Source: Mobula hypostoma
Lineage: Eukaryota
Reading direction: 5' to 3'
Assembly: GCF_963921235.1 (NCBI RefSeq)
Contig: NC_086108.1
Span: 43,216,001-43,280,000, forward strand
DNA: 64,000 bases
Position numbers and translations under genes: made by a program. The notes under the pieces are model-generated. The model was not told the DNA's origin, ran no database searches, and worked only from the letters and a program-made list of their open reading frames with translations. Positions 51,050 to 63,278 of the stretch are shown in pieces (the stretch's first letter is position 1; every line of letters begins with the position of its first letter).

Positions 51050-53870
51050 GTAGACTGCAGCATAATGTTGTTTTCAGATCTGTTTAATAAGAAGATAATG
51101 ATGGGCGATAATATTTATAAAATATTCCTTTGTTGTTGGCCCGATAAAAAGTGAGTCTAGTGATTTATTAATGGAAAATCGATAAACAGGTATTTTGTAC
51201 CTTCACTATAGAGAATACAAATAACTTGGAAAACCTCACCTATAATCACTAGGAAAGTGATACTGAGCAAATTGTTGGACCTGAAAGCTGTTAAATAGTG
51301 GTGTCCTGATGGACCTCATCCTTGATTGCTACAAAGTGACTCATGAGAGGGCTGACACATTAGTACGAATTATCCAAAATTCCCCAGATTCAGGAAAGGT
51401 CCCATTAGACTGGAAAAATAATAAATGAAACTCCTTCATTAAAAGGGGAAGGAGAAAAAAAACAACAGTACTACAAGCAACAATTTTACATATGCTACTG
51501 GATAAACATTAAAAGCAAATATTTCATAATAAGACACACAAAAAACTTCAAAGTAATCACACAAAGTCAACATGGCTTTGTGAAAGAGAAATCATATCTG
51601 ATCAATTTGTTGGAGCTCATTAAATTAGTAACATGTGCTATGGATAAAGGGCAACTGGTATATTTTGATCTTCAGAAGGCATTTAATTAGATGTTGCATT
51701 GGTTATTGCACAACATAGTTACATAATTAGAAGATTAGTTGAATAATAGAGAAAACGGTTGGCAAAATGGAACAAGCACTGTGGAGCAAGGATCTGTGCT
51801 TGGGCCTCAACGTTTTACTTTTTTTTTAATATCAATGTCTTGGATGAAGGCACCAAAGTTATAGCTCCAAAATTTGCTGATGGTATAAAGATAGGTTGGA
51901 AAATGTGAGGAGGTTATGAAGAGGCTAAAGTCAATTCAGATGGTGGACAAAGATCTGGATTTGGAGTATAATGCAGGATATGTAAAATTCTCCATTTGGT
52001 ATAAAAATAACAAAGTAGGATTTTATCCAAATAATGAGACTTGCAGAGCTTTGAGTTGCAACACAATCCAAGTATTCCACTCCATCTTTTACAAAAGACT
52101 AGTATGAATGCACAGCTAATAATCAGTACAGCTAACGAAGTTTTGTTATTTAATGCTGGACAAAAGTAGAGAGGTGAACTGGTGAGATCACATCTAGAGT
52201 GCTGTGCATAGTCTTTTCTTAAGGAAAGATGAAAATTTGTTGGGAATATTTTTGTGGATAACTAGACTAAGACCTGGATTGGGCTTTGCGATGACCGAAG
52301 TCCACTAGTGAGCAGTGGTGTTAAGCAAGATTCAGTGTTAGGACCATTTATTTTCATATTATATGTCAATGATTTGGATGATGGAATTGATGGCTTTGTG
52401 GCCGAGCTTGCTGACAATACAAAGATAGATGGAGGGGCAGGAAGTGTTGAGGAAGCAGGGAGTCTGCAGAGGACTTGGGCAGATTAAGAGAATGGCAAAG
52501 AAATGGCAGATTGGAATACAGTGAAGGGAAATGTATGGCCATACACTTTGGCAGAAGTAAAAAAGGCACTTCCCTGTTTACAAAAATATAGACAATTTTC
52601 TAAACAGGGATCAAATTCAGAAATCAAAGGTGCAAAGGAACATGGCAGTCATTGTGCAGGATTCCCTAAAGGTTAACACACAGGTTGAGTCGGTGGGAAG
52701 GAAGGCAAATGCAATGTTAGCACTTATTTTCAGAGGACTATAAGCAAGGATGTAATGCTAAGGCTTTATAAGGCATTGGTCAGACTGCAATTGGAGTATC
52801 ATAAGCAGTTTTCGGCCACTTACCTAAAAAAGGATATGCTGGCATTGAAGAGGATACAGAGAAGGTTCACGAGAATGACCCTGGGAATGAAAGAGCTAAT
52901 ATACGAGAAGTGTTTGATGGATCTGGGCCTGCACTTGCAAGAGTTTAGAAAGATGCGGGGGGGGGAGGGGGAGGAATCTCATTGAAACCTATTCAATTTT
53001 GAAAGGCCTCAACAGAGTGGACATGGAGAGGTAGTAGGGAATTTTAGGACCAGAGGGTACAGCCTCAGTATACAAGGACTTCCCTTTAAAACAGAGACTA
53101 TACTCCTTGCCCATCCTCTGGGCTTCTCCCCCTCCCTCTTTCTTTCTCCCTAGGCCTCCCGTCCCATGATTCTCTCACATCTCTTTTGCCAATCAACTGT
53201 CCAGCTCTTGGCTCCATCCCTCCCCTCCTGTCTTCTCCTATCATTTTGTATCTCCCCCTCCCCCTCTCAAATCTCTTACTAGCTTTTCTTTCAGTTAGCC
53301 CTGACGAAGGGTCTCGGCCCGAGCGTCAACTGTACCTCTTCCTAGAGGTGCTGTCTGTCCTGTTGCGTTCACCAGCAACTTTTATGTGTGTTGCTTGAAA
53401 TTCCAGCATCTGCAGATTTCTTCGTGTATGAGGAAGAATTTCTTTAGCCAGAGAATGATGAATCTGTGGAATTTCATTGCCAAAGACAGCTATGGAAGCC
53501 TTGTCATTGGGTTTATTTAAAGTGGAGGATGACATGTTCTGATTAGTAAGAGTGTCAAAGTTACAGAGAGAAGGTGGAAAAATGAGGCTGAGAGGGATAA
53601 TAAATCAGCCATGATAGAACGGCAGAGAACATTCAGATGACCTAATTTTGCTCCTGTTGTATGTCTTACAGTCTTACGGATTGGGTAGGTTATCCCATGA
53701 GAAATGATGGAAAGGCTAAATGTGTATCCACCGGAGTTTAGAAAAGTGAAGGGAACTTAATCAAAGCAATATAGGTTCTGAGGGCCTTAAAAGAGTGATG
53801 TTTCAATTGCGAGAGAATCTGAGAGCTAATTCAATACGCCAAGTGGCCTAATTTCCCTCCTATATCTTAT
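51050..53870 (+). mobile_element. Cluster of decayed CR1 fragments
   Basis: QSQHGFVKEKS, FQKAF, KFAD, YKALVRLQLEY, RIQRRFTRM remnants. Confidence 0.8.
53099..53426 (+). mobile_element. Penelope pLTR/3' end fragment inserted in CR1
   Basis: Matches 56930-57220 and continues into the tail ccagcatctgcagatttcttcgtg. The hammerhead core is mutated (GAGC instead of GAAAC). Confidence 0.85.
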
Positions 53871-54332
53871 GGTCTAAAACTTATTCATATTAAAATTGAT
53901 GGAATTAAAACTTCAGAATTTGAAAAATTACATGTCTACAAACAACCTTCTCCATCTAAGGAGGACAATCAGTTTCTTCAGTCAAGTAATATGACCAAAA
54001 CTATCACGTCAAGTATCAATCCAATAAATCTGGAGCATTCTCTCCAAAGCTATGAGAAGTTTCTTACAAAAAGTATGATAACTGGGCAGTACTTCGGCTG
54101 AGGTCTACCAGCTATTTACATAAAGTTGAAAAAAAGTTCTTTGCCTTTGCATTTTACACTTCAAGCCAAGGCCCTATGTGTTTCTGGAAAGTCTTACTTT
54201 CTGAAATGCATTGACACTCTCAAAGATAAATACATATACACATAAGCGTGCGCGTTTGACTTCTATTGGTCCGATTCATATTGAATTATATCAACATCGC
54301 CCCTACACTAATTAGTCCCAAGTTTGATGTAC

Positions 54333-54514
54333 CTTTTATAGCTTCTGTTTCGATATCAATGAGTGGTTTGCCCACATAAGCAGTATCATCCACATTGTAA
54401 TAAATTTTTCGAACAACACCATCGTATCGGCTGGTTATTGTAACTGATGCTTTGTCACTCTGGACTTCGCAGATGCTGTCAAACTGTGATACTGTGTCTC
54501 CCACCTTTACGTAC
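54333..54514 (-). CDS. DBT: DBT coding exon 4 (lipoyl domain); exons 1-3 not found in window
   Basis: 182-bp exon with ttacag/GTACAT splice sites. It encodes [32 protein letters not shown]..., including the lipoyl-lysine motif EVQSDKAS. Confidence 0.97.
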
Positions 54515-54709
54515 CTGTAAGGATCAGAGAAAGGAAGTCACTACAAGACATTGGAACACGTAGCTATATCAAACGTGTGATCACTTAGGAATAAAGGCTT
54601 TATGGAAAATGTGTTCAAATTGGCTACAAAGACAGAATTAGATGAGGCTGGAAAATAGTCAAGAAGAACTACTACCATTTCTCAATCAGTACCAGCAAAT
54701 ATTTTTCAG

Positions 54710-57223
54710 AAACGCAAACAGGAATTGTGCAGATGCTGTGCCCTTCGCCCACACCTCAGCGAGTTCCATGTTCGCCATGATGCAGAACTCTTCTTTCGCT
54801 GTCTCCGTCTCCGAGCCTACTTCTTCGGCAAGGACTCTCCCACCCCCACCGATGACCCCTTCTCCCGTCTTCAACCCTCCTCTTCTTCATGGACACCCCG
54901 CTCTGGTCTTCTGCCTGCTCTGCATCTCTTTATTGCTAACTGCCGATGGGACATCAACCGTCTCGACTTCACCGCACCTTGTTCCAATTCCAACCTCACT
55001 CCTTCGGAACGCTCTGCTCTCCACTCCCTCCGCACTAATCCTAACCTTATTATTAAACCCGCCGATAATGGGGGTGCTGTTGTAGTCTGGCGTACTTACC
55101 TCTACCTTGCCGAGGCACAGCGACAACTTGCGGATACCTCCTATTTACCCCTCGATCATGACCCCACTAAGGAGCACCAGCCCATTGTCTCCCACACCAT
55201 CACCGACTTTATCCGCTCAGCGGATCTCCCATCCACTGCTACCAACCTCATAGTTCCCACACCTCGCACTTCCTGTTTCTACCTCCTACCCAAGATCCAC
55301 AAACCTGCCTGTCCTGGCAGACCTATTGTCTTAGCTTGCTCCTGCCCCACTGAACTCCTTTCTGCATACCTCGACACGGTTTTATCCCCCCTTGTTCAAT
55401 CCCTTCCTACCTATGTTCGTGACACTTCTCACGCTTTTAAACTTTTCGATGATTTTAAGTTCCCTGGCCCCCCCCGCTTTATTTTCACCATGGATGTCCA
55501 GTCTCTATATACTTCCATCCCCCATCAGGAAGGTCTCAAAGCTCTCAGCTTCTTTTTGGATTCCAGACCCAATCAGTTCCCCTCTACCACCACTCTGCTC
55601 CATCTAGCGGAATTAGTCCTTACTCTTAATATTTCCTCCTTTGGCTCCTCCCACTTCCCCCAAACTAAAGGTGTAACTATGGGCACCCGTATGGGTCCTA
55701 GCTATGCCTGCCTTTTTGTTGGCTTTGTGGAACAATCTATGTTCCATGCCTATTCTGGTATCTGTCTCCCACTTTTCCTTCGCTACATTGATGACTGCAT
55801 TGGCGCTGCTTCCTGCACGCATGCTGAGCTCGTTGACTTTATTAACTTTGCCTCCAACTTTCACCCTGCCCTCAAGTTTACCTGGTCCATTTCCAACACC
55901 TCCCTCCCCTTTCTAGATCTTTCTGTCTCTGTCTCTGGAGACAGCTTATCCACTGATGTCTACTATAAGCCTACTGACTCTCACAGCTATCTGGACTTTT
56001 CCTCTTCTCACCGTCTCTTGCAAAAATGCCATCTCCTTCTCGCAATTCCTCCGTCTCCGCTGCATCTGATCTCAGAATGAGGCTTTTCATTCCAGGACGA
56101 GGGAGATGTCCTCCTTTTTCAAAGAAAGGGGCTTCCCTTCCTCCACTATCAACTCTGCTTTCAAACGCATCTCCCCCATTTCACGCACATCTGCCCTCAC
56201 TCCATCCTCCCACCACCCCCATTAGGAATAGGGTTCCCCTGGTCCTCACCTACCACCCCACCAGCCTCCGGGTCCAACATATTATTCTCCGTAACTTCCG
56301 CCACCTCCAACGGGATCCTACCACTAAGCACATCTTTCCCTTCCCCCCCTCTGCTTTCCGCAGGGATCGCTCCCTACGCAACTCCCTTGTCCATTCAGAC
56401 CCCCCCATCCCTCCCCACTGATCTCCCTCCTGGCACTTATCCTTGTAAGCGGAACAAGTGCTACACATGCCCTTACACTTCCTCCCTTACCACCATTCAG
56501 GGCCCCAGACAATCCTTCCAGGTGAGGCGACACTTCACCTGTGAGTTGGCTGGGGTGATATACTGCGTCCGGTGCTCCCGATGTGGCCTTCTATATATTG
56601 ATGAGACCCGACGCAGAGTGGGAGACCGCTTTGCTGAACACCTATGCTCTGTCCGCCAGAGAAAGCAGGATCTCCCAGTGGCCACACATTTTAATTCCAC
56701 ATCCCATTCCCATTCTGACATGTCTATCCACGGCCTCCTCTACTGTAAAGATGAAGCCACACTCAGGTTGGAGGAACAACACCTTATATACCATCTGGGT
56801 AGCCTCCAACCTGATGGCATGGACATCGACTTTTCTAACTTCCGCTAATGTTCCACCTCCCCCTCGTACCCCATCTGTTATTTATTTATATACACACATT
56901 CTTTCTCTCACTCTCCTTTTTCTCCCCCTTACCCATCCTCTGGTCCCCCCACCCCTTGTCTTTCTCCCTGGACCTCCTGTCCCATGATCCTCTCATATCC
57001 CTTTTGTCAATCACCTGTCCAGCTCTTGGTTCCATCACTCCCCCTCCTGTCTTCTCCTATCATTTTGGATCTCCCCCTCCCCCTCCCACTTTCAAATCTC
57101 TTACTAACTCTTCCTTCAGTTAGTCCTGACGAAGGGTCTCAGCCTGAAACGTCGACTGTACCTCTTCCTAGAGATGCTGCCTGGCCTGCTGCGTTCACCA
57201 GCAACTTAGATGTGTGTTGCTCC
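54710..57223 (+). mobile_element. Penelope-like element (RT + GIY-YIG), 5'-truncated and frameshifted, 12-bp TSD
   Basis: RT: IKPADNGGAVV, YLLPKIHK..PGRPIV, MDVQSLYTSIP, LRYIDD. GIY-YIG: GVIYCVRCSRCGLLYIDET..R...RFAEH. TSD AATATTTTTCAG at 54698-54709 and 57224-57235. Confidence 0.95.
57121..57158 (+). ncRNA. Minimal type I hammerhead ribozyme motif in the Penelope terminal repeat
   Basis: TAGTC-CTGACGA-AGGGTCTCAGCCT-GAAAC-GTC-GACTG: stem I TAGTC/GACTG, core CUGANGA and GAAA, stem II AGG/CCT, loopless palindromic stem III ACGT, and GUC cleavage triplet. Confidence 0.8.
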
Positions 57224-58445
57224 AATATTTTTCAGCAGTGGTTTATTAGTGATTTTCCCAAATGCAGGAAATTGGTAAAGTGCTGAGGTGTCTGTGCTGC
57301 ACAAGACCATAAGACCATAAGACAAAGGAGCAGAAGCCGGCCATTCGGCCCGTCAAGTCTGCTCTGCCATTTTATCATGAGCTGATCCATTCTCCCATTT
57401 CGTCCCACTCCCCCGCCTTCTCAAACAAGACTTCATTCATCAGAAATGAAAGGAGTGACTGAAGAGACAAGTATAAAGTAATTTACATAAATTGAGTTGA
57501 TTGAGTTTTTATATTAATTATAGGTCATTAAATTTGGCATTTTAATTTTATATACATTATAACATTAATTTTTGAATTTTTAAATTATTTCTGGCTTCTT
57601 CAATATTTCAATGTATTAAGACATTAATTATTAATTATTCTCAACTTTGACAGCATGTTGGCAAGGACTTTTTCAGTATTTTTGTGGGCAGGGCTTGTTC
57701 TAGTTTGCTCTCCTAATGTTATCCAATACCTGGCTACTGCACATATCTTTGCTGATGGTGGATCTGGATGATTTCAGTCAACAATTCAACATTGGCTGAT
57801 CCAGAAAAATCTACACACAGAACATAAGTAAGCAGCAACCTGACAGAAAGTGAGGTCTAATAAAGGGGAGGCTTCTAATGCTTCCAAAAATTGTGTAAGA
57901 ACTAGGAAGATTTAAGCATATGACAAGATTTGTCCAATGAATCGCTAGAGAGAAAAACAGAACCAAAGGCAAAAGACAAAATGAGTAATATTTGCTGATA
58001 ACACAAAATATGAATACTCCAAGGAACAAAGCTTGAGCCTCAATTAGTCTTAGAACAATATAGCATGGATACAGGTCCTTTGAACAAATCAGTCCACGCC
58101 AAGCTCGTCCCAATTTCCTGCATTCAGCCCACATGTCCAAGCCCGTCTCTCCATGCACCCAAGTGATTCTTGAATTATACTTTTGTACCTGCTCAATCAC
58201 TTCCTCTGGTAGCTCATCCCATTTATTCATTACACTGTATGCAAAATGCTGCCCTTCAACTCCCTTTTATATCTTTACCCTCTCAGTCATAAATCTATTC
58301 CCGCTATCTCTGGACTCCCCTATCCTGTGGAAAAGACTGTTACCTATCCCATTATGTATGGCTCTCATATGAAACAATTCTTTAAGATTAATGGAATAAA
58401 GACCTAGCCTGGGAAACCTCTCTCTATATCTCAGGCCCTGTAGTC

Positions 58446-60437
58446 CAGTGGTCTCCAACCACCGGGCCGCAAAGCATGTGCCCAGTGGTTGAGGAAAGAT
58501 GCAGTTGACTCATATCGTTTCCCGGGCTGCGAGGAAACGATATGAGTCAACTGCACCTTTCCTCATTCCCTGTCACGCCCACTGTTGAACTTGAAGGCAC
58601 GCTCATTACCCACGCAAGGACATCAGTCGGTCATTAACCTACAACTACTCGATGAGTAAAAATCAAATGACGGATCAGAGTTTCTTTGGAACAGGTGGTA
58701 GGGGACATAAAAGGCCTAACGATGATGATAATGCAGAGACAGCTGAGGCCGAGACTGCAAAACAAAAGGCTTCCTTCAACAGAAAATATGACGAGTCGTA
58801 CATAAAACATGGCTTTATTGCAACCGGTGACTCGCATGCTCCAAGCCCCCTTTGTGTGATATGTGGAGACAAGCGGTCTAATGAGGCAATGAAGCCCTCA
58901 AAACTGTTTTGGAACCTTAAGTCCAAGCACCCTGCACTTAAAGACAAACCCATTGAGTTTTTTGAGCAAGCGGACAGAAGCAAGTGCTGAGAGCCACCAC
59001 CTCCACAAATGCTGCTACTCTGAGAGCATCGTACTTAGTGGCTAGCCGTATTGCTAAGGCTAAGAAGCCTTTCACTGTTGGTGAAGAATTGATTCTGCCT
59101 GCTGCCAAGGACATGTGCTGTGAACTGTTGGGAGAAGCTGCAGCTAACAAGATGGCACAGGTTTCTCTTTCAGCTACCACAGTTTCAAAGAGAATCGACG
59201 ACATAGCAGAGGACATTGAAGCACAACTTTTGGAACGGCTTAACAAGTCTGGTTTCACTACCCAAGTCAAAGAGGTTGCTCCTGAATGCCAGTCTACACA
59301 CTGTGTCACACACTGGGAAATGCTGGCTAGCCGAAAAATGTCATCTGATCTTAACAGCGTATTGAGTGACGTTGTTGAAGTTATCAATCACATCAAAGCA
59401 AAGCCCTTAACTCATGTCTGTTTGAGCAGCTTTGCGAGGAAATGGATGCAGAGCACAAACGCCTTCTCTTACACACTAAAGTCAGGTGGCTATCAAGGGG
59501 GAGAGCCCTGGCCAGGGTTTTTGAGTTAAGGGAGCAGCTACAGAGATTCCTTTCAGGAAAAAACTCACCACTGGCAGCACACTTCAGTGGCGAGGAGTGG
59601 ATAGCAAAACTTGCCTATCTGTGTGACATCTTCAACCTGCTCGATGAACTCAATTTGTCACTTCAGGGGAGAATGACAACTGTCTTCAAGTTGGCAGATA
59701 AAGTGTCTGTTTTCACAGCCAAACTGGAACTGTGGGGATGGCAATTAGACAGGGGCATATTTGAGATGTTCCCAACATTAGCTGAGTTGGGAGAGACTGA
59801 GGCTGCACCGTCCTACTCACAGCTGGTGCGTGATCACCTATCTTCACTGTCGACAGAATTCGAGCGTTACTTCCTAACTGCAAATGACCCAAGACGTGCA
59901 AAGGAATGGGTCCGTGACCCATTTGTGAATGTCCCCGGTGAACCATCCATGTCAGTGTGGGAAGAAGATCAACTCCTCGAGCTTGCAAATGACGGTGGGC
60001 TGAAAAGTATGTTTGACATACCATCTCTGCTAGCATTCTGGATCAAAGTCAAGGCTGAATATCCTGAGATAGCCACGAAAGCATTGAAACCTTTGCTTCC
60101 TTTTCCAACATCATATCTCTGCGAAGCAGAGTTTTCTGCAGTGAAAACTAAATTGTGGAATAGACTGGACATAAGGAACCCCCTTATGACTTATCACTTT
60201 ATTCATGCGAGGAAAATATGCGCTGTGTGTTTAATATGAAATTCGTTAGATAAACCCTTTTAGAAACAAAATTAGTGTATTAGCCACTGATAAGTGACTT
60301 ATAGTTGACATCACCTATATTCAGATCGTGATTAACACCACCACCAGCACCGCCACCTCCCCCCCTCCCCGGCCGGTCCGCAAGAATATTGTCAATATTA
60401 AAGCGGTCCACGGTGCAAAAAAGGTTGGGGACCCCTG
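58446..60437 (+). mobile_element. Second Charlie/Buster hAT copy (central deletion, C-terminal region retained), inserted in a minus-strand CR1 fragment
   Basis: TIRs CAGTGGTCTCCAACC / GGTTGGGGACCCCTG; 8-bp TSD CTGTAGTC (58438-58445, 60438-60445). C-terminal motif FWIKVKAEYPEIATKALKPLLPFPTSYLCEAEFS. Confidence 0.95.
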
Positions 60438-62268
60438 CTGTAGTCCTAGAAACAGCCTTGTAAATCTTTTCTGCACTCTAATTTAACCATATAATTACTA
60501 TAACAGAGTGACCAAAACTGTACTACTACTTAAAGTCCATAACAATGATTGAGAATAACACTTGCTGATGATAAACAACCAGGTGAGAAAGTAAAGAGTG
60601 AGAAAGGGGCAGAGGACATCTGATGGATGCTAGGATAAAAGAAGCAATGAGCTTGAGTATAGAGCAGGTATGCAGCAGTGTTGGAAATATGTTCACTTCA
60701 CATTTAAGACAACTGCCCAACCCTGGCTAATCTCCCCTTCTGCCTCTGCTAATCATACACAACATGCAGCCAGGTTGTAGCTTGTCAAATCCTTTTCCAT
60801 CAAATTAACCACCTGAAAATGCAATCTTTTACCCACCTAATATTTAGCCTCAGTCACTGGAAAAAGATAGGGAGAGAACAAAAAAAAGCAATGATAGAAA
60901 GAAGAATGAGAGACCATCAAAACAAAATGAGACAGTTGGAACAAGAGTGAAATTGCACACTCAGAACTTCATTTTATGAAACTTAAAACCCTATAATCAC
61001 AACTCTTCACTGCCATCACAACAAAGCTTAAAACTAATCTTCAAACAACTTTTCAACTAAGGTCTAAAAGCACTATGCTATAATATTTTACATGCAACTG
61101 TAATCACAGCCAGTAGCTTTGACTGGATCCTTCTCTCTTTCAACCTATCCCACCAGCCTGCAACTCTGGAATGCTTGGTCTTTCATTAACTCATGATATT
61201 CTCTATGGCTGATGGCCATGCAGTTCTGACATGCCTAATGAAAACCCACCAATTGGTCCATCATACTCTAAATGAAAAAAAAGTGATCAAAGAAGAATCA
61301 TGGAGTTATTAGATAGAAACAGGAGGAGTAAAAAATTAGGGAAAGAGCTTTGAAACTAGGGAGCAAGATGTGAAGTGAGAGAGAAACAGAAATAGATCAG
61401 AGAGAAACAAAATTTACCTACGCTAAATGATGTATGTTGCAGAACAGCTCTATCTTACTTCATTTCTACCAGAATCAGAATCTTTATCAATATTTTAGTC
61501 CTAAGTATACTGATATTCTTTCTGATGATCTACATTTTTATTATTAATTCATCCAATGTCCCACAGTCATGCCTCTTCCTTCATTAAATCCGAGTTGGTT
61601 TCCACACCTCCTTGCAAAACTGCATTGCTTCTCCATCATTCAATAACCTGAATTCACCATTCTTTATACCCCCCTCCCACCCTGATATGATAGAATGATT
61701 TAAGCAGATTTAGATCCATGTACAGGCAGAAGAGGTTAGTACAAGTAAGCACCATTAGCTGAATTAGTCTGGCACGACATTGTGCGCGGAGGGGCCTGGT
61801 CCTGTGCTAAACCATTCCATGCACTCCTCTTGCATATTCTCTGCTTCCACAAAGACCTCTTCCCTATGCACTTTGTTTGATCTTCACTGACAAAACCTTT
61901 GGCTATCCTAGTTAGATGTCGTGGCATATTTTACACACCTTCCTTCCTCCACCCCTCTCCCTACACCACCTCTTTTACTCTCCCTGAAAATACCTTCTCA
62001 ACCTTTTAGCCCAACTGCATCCAGCACCTATCTATTTCAATAGACACTTTTCCTTCAGTAAACTGACTTACTACAGATACTACAGGAAAAAAAGAGAAAA
62101 AAATCCAGGTTGTCTTTGTTGGGCTACATAAACTAAATTAGTTTTAGATATAATTTTCACACTGCATTTCAACCAGTTTCACCCAGTTCACAATTAGAAC
62201 GGCCATTTTAATAGCCATTAGTGTCAGTGTTTGGAGAACACTATTGGTCATTATATCAATTATGAATA

Positions 62269-63278
62269 CAAGGTTGACTGCCCCTTATCCGAAGTGTCTG
62301 GGGCCGGAAGCCTTTCAGATTTTGGAATACTTACATCTATATAATGAGATAGCTTGGGAATGAAACCCAAGTTTAAACACAAGATCCATTTACATTACAT
62401 ATACAGTTTAACTCACAACACGCTGGAGGAACTCAGCAGGTCGGGCAGCATCTGTGGAAAAGATCGTTTGATGCTTCGGGCCAGAACCCTTCGTCAGGAC
62501 TGTGACAAAGGGTTCCGGCCCGAAACATCGACTGATCTTTTCCACGGACGCTGCCTGACCTGCTGAGTTCCTCCAGCATGTTGTGAGTGTTGCTTTGACC
62601 CCAGCATCTGCAGATTATTTTGTGTTTACATATACAGTTTATAATATATTTAATAATTTTGTACATGAAACAATAATGCATACACTGAACCACCAGAAAG
62701 GTAAGCTATCACTACCTCAACCACCCAGGTGGACAGTCAGTGACTATTTGGCAGCTCCACCATTCATGACTCTGAACTTATGTGCTACCGGTCAAAAGTT
62801 TTTGTCTTACACTTGTTCATCACACATATGTCCTGACGCAACCATTCAGCATGTTAGAATTTCATCGGCGACAATCTTGGCAAACTCATCAATAAATTTC
62901 TCTGCTGCGTCATGATCAGGTGTTCTATCAACACAAATCTTTTAAAATTTCATGGTGTGCCTTTTCTTAAATTCCTGCAACCAGCCTGCTGAATATTCAT
63001 GATTACCTTTAATTGTCAGTTCATGATGGATCTTTGCTTGTTTCATGATGAGCATATGTTCATGAAGAATCTTTAATTGTTTCGTTATCAGCATATGTTC
63101 ACTGACGCTGATGAATCCACTCAGAATTCACTTCTGTTCATTATATATGTGAGGTCACTTCGCAGAACTGTTTGTGGTGTGCAGAGATCTGTGCATCGTC
63201 TAGGAATTATCCCAGCACCTTGTGGAATTTTCAGAGGTTTTCGGACATTGGAATTTTGGATAAGGGGAGCTCAACCTG
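62269..63278 (-). mobile_element. Tigger/pogo DNA transposon deletion derivative (Tigger4/Zombi-like)
   Basis: TA|caaggttgactgccccttatcc ... ggataaggggagctcaacctg|TA. Minus-strand remnant EYSAGWLQEFKKRH...AAEKFIDEFAKIVADE. Confidence 0.85.
62411..62625. mobile_element. Penelope-derived fold-back mini-element with 16-bp TSD, nested in Tigger
   Basis: About 90-bp inverted arms, each with a degenerate hammerhead. TSD TTACATATACAGTTTA at 62395-62410 and 62626-62641. Confidence 0.9.

Noticed and set aside
49700..51050. Repeat-free stretch in DBT intron 4 that could hold an enhancer or ncRNA
   Set aside because: No motif, structure or exon signal that I can support without alignments.
61650..61735. 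AAAGAATG/GTGAAT looks like the end of DBT exon 3 (..KEW)
   Set aside because: The upstream sequence does not encode the expected FKLSDIGEGI.EV.V, so this is a chance match. Exons 1-3 are presumed to lie beyond 64000.
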